Shown piece by piece: positions 18,941 through 30,914 of a stretch of DNA of 64,000 nt. The stretch covers positions 5,525 to 69,524 of the forward strand of contig JABHOG010000007.1 in assembly GCA_018694835.1 (NCBI GenBank). Direction: 5' to 3'. The notes below the pieces were generated by a model. That model saw only the letters and a list, made by a program, of their open reading frames with translations. It made no database searches and had not been told where the DNA came from. The position numbers and the translations under genes are program-made. Numbering within the stretch: position 1 is the stretch's first letter; each line of letters starts with the position of its first letter. Source of the stretch: Planctomycetota bacterium (GTDB lineage Bacteria > Planctomycetota > UBA8108 > UBA1146).

Positions 18941-20742
18941 CCGGGGAATTCATCGAGCGGAAGAGCGACCGAGGAGACCACTTCCGTCAGGGCCTGTAAC
19001 GAGTACGGCTTCTGGATGAAGGCCTGAAATGGCCCGGAATCCTGAATCAATTCACTCCCATAACCACTGGAGAGAATCAGTGGTAGCTGACTCCACTCCT
19101 GGTGGAGTTCACGCCCCACCTCAAGTCCATTCCGACCCGGCATCTCCATGTCGATGATCACCACATGATATCTTCCGTTGGCACGTTTCACCGCTTCGAC
19201 CCCGAGATCTCCATCATCTACAGAGTCGACCCGATAACCGGAACGCTCTAGCATTCGCACCACGATCTTCCTCACCATCGGATCGTCATCGATCACCAGC
19301 GCGCTGCGCCCTTCTCCCGAACTGCTCTGGAGTTCTACAGCAGTGGTTTCATTCTGCTCCACCCACTCACAGGTAGGGAGCAATGCCCTGAAACAAGTGC
19401 CCACTCCCAGTTCCGATTCCAGTTCCAACACTCCACCATGGGCACGAACAATACCCAGCACCGCAGCCAGGCCCAGGCCTCGCCCGGTGAACTTGGTCGA
19501 ATAGAAGGGTTCAAAACAGCGCGATTGAGACTCCTCAGACATCCCCGAACCACGGTCCTCGACCTGAAAAACGACGTACTCCCCGTCCTTCAACTCGGGG
19601 GCAACTCCTATCGATGGGTCCAGTTCATCTGCCCTGACCGATTTGAGATAGGTCTTCACTTCCACCGCATGATGGCTCTGAATCGAAGCTTCCGTAGCGT
19701 TGATGACCAGATTCATCACCACCTGCTGGATTTGAGTCTCATTACACCGAATGCTGCCTAAATTCGCATCTAGAGTGTAATTCACCACGATGGTTTTCGG
19801 TGTCGAAAGTCGAACCAGAGAAGTGATCTCTTCGACCAGTTTGTCGAACTGGACTACCTTCTCGCTCGGCCTTCCCTTCCCGGCATAGGCCAGCATCTGG
19901 CTCGTCAAATCAGAGGCCTTCATCGCACCGACCTCGATTTCCTTCACCTGGTCCCGAATCTGGTCCGGCAGGTCTTCCTCATGAAGGATGAGGCTTGCAT
20001 TCCCTGACACTGCCTGCAAAAGATTATTAAAGTCGTGTGCGATTCCTCCCGCCAGCACTCCCAGACTTTCCAGTTTTTGTGCCTCCTGGAATCGAGCCTC
20101 CAGTACTTTTTTCTCTATTTCAGTCTTTGCTTGCCAATGTCTGAGTAGCAAAAACAATGCAAAAGTAGTGGCCAACGTCACCAGCCAGACCACCAGGGTC
20201 AGTTGATGATTCCGAAAGTTCCTTAACGAAGATTCTTCCTGTTGAGTGCGAACAGTTCTCTCGATGAGCCTGGTGCTCTCAAGGACTTTCTTGTAGATGG
20301 AATCGAACGAGATATCACTCTCAGTTCCTGCAGCACTGATCGAACGAGCGCCGAGACGATCGTTGGCAGATTTCTCGAGATCGTTCAGAGTTGCCCGCAG
20401 AAGTGAGGTGCTTTCGAGAATGCTGACACCAAAAACGATCGAGTCCACCACTCCTCCACCCTTCTCGGGAAGTAGAGTTTCAAACTCAAGGGCTGCGTCA
20501 TGTGCATCTGCAAATCGACTCGTCACTTCTGAAATTTCCTGAGTGTCGTCCCCCGTGATCAGTTCTTCTGTCCACAGGTGGGCTTCCGCTACATTTTCAC
20601 GAATGCTGGAGAGTTTCGCAGTGATCTCTGCAAAATCGCGCCCCTCGATGAGCCACTGCTGATGGAAGTAAAGCAGCGGGCCCAGTGAAGCGATCGCCAG
20701 AAGAACAAAGACGATTCCGAGCCCCTGGAACGATTTGATCAT
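18916..20742 (-). CDS. membrane-bound hybrid sensor histidine kinase/response regulator
   Basis: Two TM helices, H-box LAGGIAHDFNNLL, N-box QVVMNLVINATEA, G-boxes VEDRGSGM / FYSTKFTGRGLGL and receiver VIDDD...IIDMEMP...FIQKP. Confidence 0.93.
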   Translation of the reverse strand: MIKSFQGLGIVFVLLAIASLGPLLYFHQQWLIEGRDFAEITAKLSSIRENVAEAHLWTEELITGDDTQEISEVTSRFADAHDAALEFETLLPEKGGGVVDSIVFGVSILESTSLLRATLNDLEKSANDRLGARSISAAGTESDISFDSIYKKVLESTRLIERTVRTQQEESSLRNFRNHQLTLVVWLVTLATTFALFLLLRHWQAKTEIEKKVLEARFQEAQKLESLGVLAGGIAHDFNNLLQAVSGNASLILHEEDLPDQIRDQVKEIEVGAMKASDLTSQMLAYAGKGRPSEKVVQFDKLVEEITSLVRLSTPKTIVVNYTLDANLGSIRCNETQIQQVVMNLVINATEASIQSHHAVEVKTYLKSVRADELDPSIGVAPELKDGEYVVFQVEDRGSGMSEESQSRCFEPFYSTKFTGRGLGLAAVLGIVRAHGGVLELESELGVGTCFRALLPTCEWVEQNETTAVELQSSSGEGRSALVIDDDPMVRKIVVRMLERSGYRVDSVDDGDLGVEAVKRANGRYHVVIIDMEMPGRNGLEVGRELHQEWSQLPLILSSGYGSELIQDSGPFQAFIQKPYSLQALTEVVSSVALPLDEFPGQSHEPRS

Positions 20743-20829
20743 CCTTGTTCCCTCCGGCATGCGCCCCTTGACGATTCTCCTGATAGGTTCTGGCCAATGG
20801 CCGACAAGAAAAGGATATCATCCTGCAAG

Positions 20830-20864
20830 AAAAAACAGCAGGCGGTCTTGAAGACCACCTGCTG
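20830..20864 (-). terminator. intrinsic terminator after the PQQ-dehydrogenase-like gene
   Basis: Minus-strand hairpin CAGCAGGTGGTCT-tca-AGACCGCCTGCTG followed by TTTTTT. Confidence 0.8.
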
Positions 20865-20894
20865 CAATCTCCTTGAATTCAAGACAGGCTTGAT

Positions 20895-22955
20895 TCAGGG
20901 ACAAGCATCGTAGGAAATGCAACTTATCGCATCGGGCGTGGGGTCCAGCCCACAGATCTCCCCCGGAGCCGCCAAGGCCGAGGATCCGAACAGGTATCCG
21001 AGCAATGCCACCGGATCGGAGATGTCGATGACCCCATCGTCGTTGCAATCCGTGGTCGAGAGACAGGACGGATCTGGTTGCCCACTGAACAGGAATCCGA
21101 GGGCTCTCACCACATCTGCAATATTCACCAGCCCATCTGCATTGGGGTCACCTCTGCGGAAAAAGGTCGATTCACAACTGTCAGGAATACCGTTGCCATC
21201 CGAATCGGCAACGGACCCATTCGCAATATCACAGCTGTCGGGTGAGTTGTTTGAATTACAGTCAGGCGTGGACCCGGCATCGATCTCGCAGTCGTCGATG
21301 GCACCATTTCCATTACAATCATCTGCAATGCCCAGATCGATCTCGCAGTTGTCGAGCAGCGTATTGCTGTTGCAATCTTCTGCAGTTCCAGCAGCCAGTT
21401 GACAAATATCGGGAACATTATCGAAGTCACAGTCCACCAGCACACCATTCTGGATTTCACAGACATCATGGACGCCACTGCTATCACAGTCGTTGGTCGC
21501 CAACTGACATGAGTCGAGAACACCGTCCCCGTCGCAATCCTCAGCACCCGCTTCGATGTCGCAGGAATCCTCGACACCGTTGGAGTCGCAATCCGTGTTG
21601 GGAGTCTGGCAGGAATCCGGAATCAAATCTCCATCGCAATCGACTTCGATCCCTGCAGCGATGTCGCAAGTGTCTGGTTCACCGTTATTGTTGCAATCAG
21701 TGGTGTTTCCAATGGCGCACTCACAAGAATCCACGATGTAGTTGCCATTGAGATCCAGGCTCGCGATGTTGGCCGGAACAATCTTGAAGATCTCTCCTCC
21801 AGACCAATCGCAGATGTATACCTCGCCATATGCATCCTGTCCGAATCCAGCAATCCCGGTGATGCTCTGGGAGCCGGGAGGATCCAGTTCGGAGGTCCGT
21901 GAGGTGTACTCGGACACGCTCGATCCAGTCCACCGGAAGGACCAGATCTGGTTGGAACACCAGTCTCCGTAGAAGTACAGACCTTGCATGTCGGGCATTG
22001 CGCAACCGCTGTAAACATTGCCCCCAGTGATGGAGCAACCACTTCCATGATTATAAACCTGCTTGGGATCGGTCAATGAAGCGGCGTTACAGGTGCAACC
22101 CGACAAGCCTGTGCAGGTATTGCCCTCCATGCAGCGCCAGCCGTAATTCTCTCCGCCGACCGAGGCGGCAGACTGGATGTTGATCTCTTCCCAGTTGTAT
22201 TGTCCAACATCAGCGATGTAGAAATCACCGGTGAGACGATCAAAGGAAAATCTCCACGGATTTCTCATGCCCGTCGCCCAGATCTCATCGAGCGGAGCTC
22301 CGGGGCCGGCAAATGGATTGTCGCCCGGAATCGAGTAGGGCGTGCCCCCATCGACATCGATCCGAAGAATCTTGCCCAGGCGCGTGTTGATATTCTGTCC
22401 ATTCCCCTGCGGGTCATTGGCACTTCCGCCATCACCAAGGCCGATATACAGGTAACCGTCGACTGGGCTGAACTCGATCATCCCGCCGTTGTGGTTCGAG
22501 TATGGCTGGTTCTGGGTCAGCACGATCTGGGCACTGGAGGGGTTCGCCACGTTGGGATTGGTCGTAGAGACCGAGTAGCGGGCGACCGTCGTGTTCGATG
22601 AGTTGTTGGTGTAGTAGACGTAGAAGTACCCGTTGCTGGCGTAATCGGGGTGGAATGCCAATCCCAGCAATCCTCTCTCATCCGCTCCTGAGGTCCCTCC
22701 CCCGACGATCGAATTGATGTCGAGAAAAGGTGTCGAGATCATCTGAGCACTGGTCATGTCGTAGATTCGGATCGTTCCCTGCTGTTGAACGATGAACAGT
22801 CGTTCGAAATCGGCAGTGGGAGCGGTCACCAAGACCGGACGGCTGACACCACTGGCCACCCTTCGAGTGGAGAGCGGAGTCCCTCCGGCATCGACTAGAA
22901 CCGGAAGAAATAGCAGGAACAGCAGCGCAAGCGGGTAAAATTTCATACGAAACAT
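20895..22955 (-). CDS. exported PQQ-dependent glucose/sorbosone dehydrogenase-family beta-propeller with 11 Cys/Asp repeats and a C-terminal dockerin-like domain
   Basis: Motifs ERGLLGLAFHPDY, NHNGG, LYIGLGDGG, GKILRIDVD, GMRNPWRFSFD and ADVGQYNWEEIN. DCxxxGxxDxC repeats. FRRGDPNADGLVNIAD...DCNDDGVIDISD double EF-hand-like tail. Confidence 0.88.
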   Translation of the reverse strand: MFRMKFYPLALLFLLFLPVLVDAGGTPLSTRRVASGVSRPVLVTAPTADFERLFIVQQQGTIRIYDMTSAQMISTPFLDINSIVGGGTSGADERGLLGLAFHPDYASNGYFYVYYTNNSSNTTVARYSVSTTNPNVANPSSAQIVLTQNQPYSNHNGGMIEFSPVDGYLYIGLGDGGSANDPQGNGQNINTRLGKILRIDVDGGTPYSIPGDNPFAGPGAPLDEIWATGMRNPWRFSFDRLTGDFYIADVGQYNWEEINIQSAASVGGENYGWRCMEGNTCTGLSGCTCNAASLTDPKQVYNHGSGCSITGGNVYSGCAMPDMQGLYFYGDWCSNQIWSFRWTGSSVSEYTSRTSELDPPGSQSITGIAGFGQDAYGEVYICDWSGGEIFKIVPANIASLDLNGNYIVDSCECAIGNTTDCNNNGEPDTCDIAAGIEVDCDGDLIPDSCQTPNTDCDSNGVEDSCDIEAGAEDCDGDGVLDSCQLATNDCDSSGVHDVCEIQNGVLVDCDFDNVPDICQLAAGTAEDCNSNTLLDNCEIDLGIADDCNGNGAIDDCEIDAGSTPDCNSNNSPDSCDIANGSVADSDGNGIPDSCESTFFRRGDPNADGLVNIADVVRALGFLFSGQPDPSCLSTTDCNDDGVIDISDPVALLGYLFGSSALAAPGEICGLDPTPDAISCISYDACP

Positions 22956-23125
22956 CTCAATAGCCTCTTGGTCTCTCATGCCCGAGCCCGTCTCATCGAC
23001 GCAGGCAAATAGCAGGATTACTCCTTAAAAGTGTACCCCACTCCGCCCCAGAATACTCCGGCGAATGGGGAAACTACTCGACCTCAATCGACTCTAGAGT
23101 GCAGGATTCAGGCCCAATGCGGCCA

Positions 23126-23971
23126 TCACTGCTGTCGAGAGATCTGGACCAACCTGGCATGTATTTGATCGATCACATCATGAGGGGTCGAAGTCCCGGC
23201 GGTGATCCCGACATGTTCCACCCCGACAAACCAGCCCGGCTCCAGTTGCTCATCGTTTTCGACATGATAGGCGGGAACCTCTTTTTCCCGACACACATTG
23301 AGCAACTTGTGGGTATTTGACGAATTGGTTCCACCCACCACGATCATCACATCGACCTGCTCGGAGAGTTCATCGACAGCATTTTGACGATCCTTGGTCG
23401 GCTTGCAGACGGTATCGATGAACTCGATAGCGATGTCGGGAAAGCGCTGACCGATCTGGAGTAGGATCTCCTTCGCCTGACGAATCCGGTAGGTGGTCTG
23501 GCAAACCACTCCAATCCGTTCTCGCCCCTCCAGCAGGTGCAGATCATCGAGGTCACCGATGACAGTGAAATCGACCAGATCGCCAACAATCCCCTTCACC
23601 TCGACATGCTCTCGCTGGCCGATCACCACCGGGTGCCACCCCTCCTTGACCAGCCTACGCACCGCCTGATGGACCCGCAGCACCAGTGGGCAAGTGGCGT
23701 CATACACGATGTGGCCCTGATCACTGAGCTGCTTCTTGAGGCTCGCGGGTGCACCGTGAGCGGTGATCATGACGTTCCTGGTGGTGATCTCGTCATCACT
23801 GGAACTGACCATCTTCACCCCAGCATCATGTAATCTCTGAACCGTCTGTGGGTTATGAACCAGTTGGCCGACGATGGTGAGATCGATGGAGATCTCGGGC
23901 GAAAGAGCCGCATCTATTGCGTCTCGCACCCCGAAGCAGGTGCCCAGCGCTCGTGCCCGGGTAATCCTCAT
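23126..23971 (-). CDS. ispH: 4-hydroxy-3-methylbut-2-enyl diphosphate reductase
   Basis: Motifs GTCFGVRDA, LVHNPQ, ITAHG, DATCPLV, HVEV, QTT, DTVCKPT, VGGTNSSNT and GITAGTSTP, including the three Fe-S cysteines. Start ATG 23971. Confidence 0.95.
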   Translation of the reverse strand: MRITRARALGTCFGVRDAIDAALSPEISIDLTIVGQLVHNPQTVQRLHDAGVKMVSSSDDEITTRNVMITAHGAPASLKKQLSDQGHIVYDATCPLVLRVHQAVRRLVKEGWHPVVIGQREHVEVKGIVGDLVDFTVIGDLDDLHLLEGRERIGVVCQTTYRIRQAKEILLQIGQRFPDIAIEFIDTVCKPTKDRQNAVDELSEQVDVMIVVGGTNSSNTHKLLNVCREKEVPAYHVENDEQLEPGWFVGVEHVGITAGTSTPHDVIDQIHARLVQISRQQ

Positions 23972-24190
23972 GTCCAGTATCTCCAATCCAAACCGCCGCC
24001 CCTCTATTTTACCCTGATCTGAGTCCACTTTCGAGCCGAAGCGACCACCGAACGGAACCCAATCAGAACCCTGTTTCGGTTGCATCCGGTGGCCGGATAG
24101 GGTGCCATCGGGATTCGACATCATCGAGAGTTTGGCGACGATCCTCAGAAGTGAGGGGCGGAAGCCATCCACCCTGGAGAGGGACAGCCT

Positions 24191-25950
<1,760 letters not shown>

Positions 25951-25954
<4 letters not shown>

Positions 25955-27216
25955 AAACCTCCGTCGACTTGCTGATCGAGAATGTCGAAAGACTACTTCC
26001 CGGTCATGAAGAAGCCCTCATGGGAGTCTCCGTTGCAGTGGATGCAGGACAGATTCAGGCGATCGGACCGGCGACAAAAATCGCCGGTCTTTTCGATGGT
26101 AGCCGAACACTCGATGGCACTGGGAAGTTGTTGACCGCTGGGTTTGTCGACTCACACACCCACCTGGTTTTCGGAGGAGAACGCTCGGGCGAGTTCGTCC
26201 AGCGCTGTGCAGGTGCCGACTACGAGAATATTGCCAGCAAAGGTGGCGGGATTCGAGCGTCTGTCCGAATGACTCGCGCCGCTGACCTTCAGCAACTGAT
26301 CGATTCAGCCAGACCAAGGCTACAGAGAATGATGGAATCCGGCTCCACCACCATCGAAATCAAGAGCGGATACGGACTCGATCTGGAGAGCGAACTGAAG
26401 ATGCTCCGGGCCATCCGCCAGTTGTCCGAGGAATTTCCAATCGAAATCGTCGCCACCTTCATGGGAGCTCACGAGATCCCCGACGAATGGCGGCAAGATC
26501 GGGCCGAATATATCCGTATCATCTGTGAGCAGATGATCCCTCAGGTAGCCCGCGAAGGATTGGCCGAATTCTGCGATGTCTTCTGCGAAAGAGGCGTGTT
26601 CGACACTCAGGAGAGCACCCAGATCCTTCAAGCGGGTCTGGATAATGGTCTCAAACCGAAGGTTCACGCCGACGAACTGGCTGCCTCGGGTGGATCCCTG
26701 GTCGCCGCCCAGGTCGGTGCCATCAGTGCCGACCACCTGATGGAAGTCACCGCGGAGGGCATCGAGGCGCTGAAAAGCGCTGGAGTCGTCCCCACCCTCC
26801 TTCCCGGGACTACTTTCTATCTGCGCAAATCAGGTTACGCTCCGGCTCGGTCCCTGATCGACGCAGGGCTCGAGATTGCGATTGCGACCGACCGGAATCC
26901 TGGGTCTTGCACCATCGAAAGCATGCTTTTCATCGCAGGCCTGTCAGTGATGCACATGGGCCTGACCCCGACAGAAGCGATCATCGCCGCCACTCGAGGT
27001 GGGGCTCATGCACTGGGTCGTGAGGCGCGGTGTGGAACGATTGAAACGGGAAAAAGAGCCGATCTGGTCCTCTGGGATGTACCCAATGAGGAAGTACTAA
27101 TTCACGAATTTGCTAACCAAGTTCCTCGCATAGTTTGCGCTGCAGGTCGAATCGTGTTCGATTCGCACATTGCCAGTATTGAAAGATCCGACCTGACGTC
27201 GGACCAGGGGGTTTGA
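25951..27216 (+). CDS. hutI: imidazolonepropionase
   Basis: Motifs [43 protein letters not shown] and [12 protein letters not shown] overlap with hutU. Confidence 0.96.
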
Positions 27217-29429
27217 ACCAGATGTCCAAGTTCACCGATCGACTCACCCAGACCATGAATGAACAATCCTGGGGCGAGTACGAGGAAGCGTGGCTCGACG
27301 CCATCGAGAGTGAAGATGTTCGCTTTACCGAATATCTGCTAGCGACCAAACAGGCGATCACCGCAGGCCATGGAGAACGAGCAGGTCAAATGCTCGAACT
27401 ACTTCTTCAATCGGGTCACACCGACGAACTGTCCCCCGATAAGAAAGTGGAATTCCACGAAGCACTTGCGTGCAGCCTTCCGCGAAACAAGGACGCTCGT
27501 GGATTGTTGCTCGAGATTTACAAGTCCCAGTTCGGGCACATCGATGGATTCGACAACTGTGTCGAAACCTCTGGCCTGATGGATGGAACCCGGCCCGCCG
27601 AAATCATCCCTCTCTTCAAGAGAATGGTCCATTATCAACCGGGCTCCTATGTCAAACATCGCTCCGGCTGGGGTGTCGGCGTTGTGACGGAACTGGACCC
27701 GGGGATCGGCACCGCCACTGTAGACTTCGAGAAAAAGGAGGGGCACTCGGTAAAGTTGGAGGCGCTTCCTCAAATCTGCGATCCTCTCGACGCCGATCAC
27801 TACCTTGTGATGGGTTGGAAGCGACCGGAAGAACTACGCTCGCTGGCGGACCAAGAGCCAGCGGAGCTGATCAAACTGGTGCTGAGGACCAACAGCAAGC
27901 CGATCCCCCTCTCGAGGATCAAGGACGCGCTGAGTGGAGTTGCGGTCCCTTCCTCCTCCTGGAGCAAGTGGTGGGCCCGTGCCAAAACCGCCATCAAGAA
28001 GGACTCGCTGATTGGTCAGTCCGGCGGCAAGAACAACGAGTTATATCTTCTCGATGGACCAGAGGCTCTCACCGCCAGCATCGATCGTCGCTTTGCCCAT
28101 CTGAGTCCCGACGACCGACTCAAGGTACTTCGCGAGTGCCTCGCCGAATTACAAGAAGACGAGCACCACCTGCTCGCTCCCCAGTTCAAGTTGCTGCGTC
28201 GCGACATCTTGCGTGGCGACCTGGCACCGGCACAGCAGATTTCCGCTCTGCTCTTACTCACAGATCACGCTCCCGATGGCGACGAGGTGATGGCCATCGG
28301 TGCCCTCATCATGAAGGCGGGCCATCCGTCAGACCTGCTCAACTTGCTGGGGCGCGAAGAAGACCAGAAGGAAACCCTTGCAGTGATCCGTGGACTCGAT
28401 CCCGATCGCTGGGATTCCCTACTCGAAGAATTGTTACTGAAATCGGACGATTCACTTCGCGAACTGATCATCCAGAACTACGAAGATGCCGACCAGTTAC
28501 ACCTGGTCGACCAGGTCGGTTCCAGCGTACTCCGCCGACCGGGGAAATCGCCCCTGCTATTCCTCCATCTGGTGCGCAGATCTGCTTCCGCGGATTTCCG
28601 ATACTTTCCCTGTCTCGAGGGAGTCTCCTCGCCCGACCTGTTCCGCCAGGCGGCGGCAAGTTTCGATCGACTCTCTCTTGAAAGCGAAGTGAACAAGGAC
28701 CCTGAAATCACCACTTCGGTGAAGCGCTATCGACAGCAGCTATCGGTCAAGCCTTTTGCTCTGCTCACAAAGGTCCTGGAACGCGGCGCCCTGACTGACG
28801 CACGAGAGATCTACATGCAATTGGCGGGTTCCCGCTCCATCAGTGATTCCAACCTGGAGAAGGCCAAGGCGATCATTCTTCGCAAGTTCCCCAAGGTTCT
28901 GGCCGGCCAAGCCAGTCGCGGCAGTGCTGTGGCCCAACAATCGGCGATCTACTCGACCCAGTTCGGCATGGACAAAGTTCAGAATCAACTGACTGAAATT
29001 CGCAACGAGAAACTACCGGCGATCTTCAAGGCCATCGGAGATGCCGCTGCACTGGGTGACCTGAGCGAAAATGCAGAGTTCACATCGGCGATCGAGGAGC
29101 GCGAAAACCTCAACCGCAAGGTCATGGAACTCCAGGGAGATCTCGACCGAGCTCGCCTCATCGACCCCGAGGAGGCCAGCACCGATCAGATCGGGCTCGG
29201 TAGTAAGATCAAGTTTCATAACATTTCGACCGACTCGACATTCGAGTACTGCCTGCTAGGACCGTGGGATGGGGGCCCCGATAATGGAGTGCTCTCCTAC
29301 CTCTCACCACTCGGCAAAGCGATGCTACAGAAGAAAGAGGGCGAAGAGTTCGATGTCGAACTGCCGACCGGTGTCCACAAGGTCAAGGTTCTTGAAATCA
29401 GTCGAGGTCAGGTTCCGCAGGAGCAGTAG
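27213..29429 (+). CDS. greA: transcription elongation factor GreA, long form with ~580-aa N-terminal extension
   Basis: C-terminal Gre domain (AAALGDLSENAEF, LLGPWD, LSYLSPLGKAML). N-terminal YVKHRSGWGVGVV and WSKWW motifs resemble the long PVC/spirochaete GreA. Confidence 0.88.
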   Translation: MNQMSKFTDRLTQTMNEQSWGEYEEAWLDAIESEDVRFTEYLLATKQAITAGHGERAGQMLELLLQSGHTDELSPDKKVEFHEALACSLPRNKDARGLLLEIYKSQFGHIDGFDNCVETSGLMDGTRPAEIIPLFKRMVHYQPGSYVKHRSGWGVGVVTELDPGIGTATVDFEKKEGHSVKLEALPQICDPLDADHYLVMGWKRPEELRSLADQEPAELIKLVLRTNSKPIPLSRIKDALSGVAVPSSSWSKWWARAKTAIKKDSLIGQSGGKNNELYLLDGPEALTASIDRRFAHLSPDDRLKVLRECLAELQEDEHHLLAPQFKLLRRDILRGDLAPAQQISALLLLTDHAPDGDEVMAIGALIMKAGHPSDLLNLLGREEDQKETLAVIRGLDPDRWDSLLEELLLKSDDSLRELIIQNYEDADQLHLVDQVGSSVLRRPGKSPLLFLHLVRRSASADFRYFPCLEGVSSPDLFRQAAASFDRLSLESEVNKDPEITTSVKRYRQQLSVKPFALLTKVLERGALTDAREIYMQLAGSRSISDSNLEKAKAIILRKFPKVLAGQASRGSAVAQQSAIYSTQFGMDKVQNQLTEIRNEKLPAIFKAIGDAAALGDLSENAEFTSAIEERENLNRKVMELQGDLDRARLIDPEEASTDQIGLGSKIKFHNISTDSTFEYCLLGPWDGGPDNGVLSYLSPLGKAMLQKKEGEEFDVELPTGVHKVKVLEISRGQVPQEQ

Positions 29430-30894
29430 AAGCGTCGGTGGAACTAGCGTCGGTGGAACTAGCGTCGGTGGAACTAGCGTCGGTGGAACTAACGTCGGTG
29501 GAACTAACGTCGGTGGAACTAGCGTCGGTGGAACTAACGTCGGTGGAACTGGCGTCCGTCGAATTGGAAGCCCCCATCAATTGCTCGAGGAATACCGTGG
29601 CGAAGGCCCCAGCAGGTAAACTGAAGGAGACCAGCAGACTCTGCTCCTCCTCCTCCCAGGCGACCTGAGGCTCCCCTACCTGGATCCTTAAAGGTCGCCG
29701 TGTACCATCGAGTTTCATGCCACGAACATGAGAGAGCCAGGAACCTGGACGCAGTCCCTCTGCGATCAACACCGCACTCTCAATCCGCCCTGCTTCCCCT
29801 TCAGGCAACTTCATCTTCTTGCCGAAGATCGGCCCCGTAGGAGAGACCTCCCCGTCCCTGGCGCGCTGCTGGTCTTCGAGCCAACCCGCCTCCTCCATCG
29901 AGACATGAAATCGAGACCGTTGTCCCTCCCACTGGCAAATATCTCCGGCCCATGGCAACCAGTACCCATCCTTCGATCTCTCGAGCCGTTCCATCAGAAC
30001 CCAGTTGAACAGTTCTGCTTGGTAGGCGGAGTAGTACATCCTCCGCAATGCATGAGGGATCCTACGAGCCGCCGCACGAAGATTTCCAGGGTGAGTCTTG
30101 AGGGATGTGAGAAGAGCGGCCTCGGTGGTTCTTCCCGGAGGGAGTAGTCGCCTCGCAGCATCGATATCCCCCGCCTCATATGCGCTTCGATAATCCTCTT
30201 CGACCCCCTCGCGTGGAGCCAGCAGCAATTCCAGTGCTTCTGAAATCTGTCTTCTCAACAGTGCCGCTCCGACGCGAGCGCCATCGCCGTGCATGCCGAA
30301 TCGTTGTGGGCCATAAAAATTCGGCAACCCACCGACCGAGATCTCCTCGATCCTTTGCCTGGCACTTTCGAGTACCCCCTTGTCCACCTCACGGATCCGG
30401 ATCTCGAACTGATTGCCGGCCAGATGTCCGGTTCGAATCTTGTTTTTGTGGCGAGACACCGAGAGCACTCGGATCCAGGGGGCATCGATGGAGACCACAT
30501 CTCGATCGGTCAGGATCGGCACCGAAAAAGTCTGGGTGGTGATCGCTCGCTTGTCCTTGAAACCGGCAAATCCGATCAGTTCCCGCTTCACACCCAGAGT
30601 CCTGGCGATGTGATCGCGAGCCTGAATGGTCGTACGATTACTCTTCTCGATGGTCAGATACAGGTGCTCGCCAGCGCCGCACGGGGTGTAGAGAGGCATC
30701 TCCGTGACCTTGAAGTCCTCCCAGCGCTGGCGGATCACTCCGCCGGTCACTGCGATTTCCTGGTTCATCCTGGGCGGCTGATAACCACTCTCTTTGCGGC
30801 ACTGGAGAACCTCCGCCGGATCGACATCGAGGATTTCCAGATCATCATCTTCGGGGACTTCGGAAAGGGATTCACTCGTCTCGGACTGATTCAT
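29398..30894 (-). CDS. truD: tRNA pseudouridine(13) synthase
   Basis: Motifs EDFKVTE, GEHLYL, GFAGFKDKRAITTQ (catalytic Asp), GHLAGNQF, PNFYGPQRFG and FSLPAGAFAT. Start ATG 30894. Confidence 0.93.
   Translation of the reverse strand: MNQSETSESLSEVPEDDDLEILDVDPAEVLQCRKESGYQPPRMNQEIAVTGGVIRQRWEDFKVTEMPLYTPCGAGEHLYLTIEKSNRTTIQARDHIARTLGVKRELIGFAGFKDKRAITTQTFSVPILTDRDVVSIDAPWIRVLSVSRHKNKIRTGHLAGNQFEIRIREVDKGVLESARQRIEEISVGGLPNFYGPQRFGMHGDGARVGAALLRRQISEALELLLAPREGVEEDYRSAYEAGDIDAARRLLPPGRTTEAALLTSLKTHPGNLRAAARRIPHALRRMYYSAYQAELFNWVLMERLERSKDGYWLPWAGDICQWEGQRSRFHVSMEEAGWLEDQQRARDGEVSPTGPIFGKKMKLPEGEAGRIESAVLIAEGLRPGSWLSHVRGMKLDGTRRPLRIQVGEPQVAWEEEEQSLLVSFSLPAGAFATVFLEQLMGASNSTDASSTDVSSTDASSTDVSSTDVSSTDASSTDASSTDASSTDASTAPAEPDLD
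29431..29550. repeat. 8 x 15-bp tandem repeat A(G/A)CGTCGGTGGAACT in the truD 3' end (SSTD[A/V] units)
   Basis: Read directly from the sequence; a degenerate ninth copy lies at 29551-29565. No spacers. Confidence 0.95.
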
Positions 30895-30914
30895 CGGTTT
30901 CTGATCTCCTGTCC

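Noticed and set aside
24100-24125. tmRNA-like 5' motif GGATTCGAC
   Set aside because: No matching tRNA-like 3' end, and no room before hutU begins at 24191.
27470-28681. 403-aa alternative-frame ORF inside greA
   Set aside because: Arg/Pro-rich off-frame composition, no RBS or recognisable domain.
29431-29550. Possible CRISPR array
   Set aside because: 15-bp head-to-tail units with no spacers and no cas genes; this is a simple tandem repeat. The same applies to 24206-24295 and 35174-35243.
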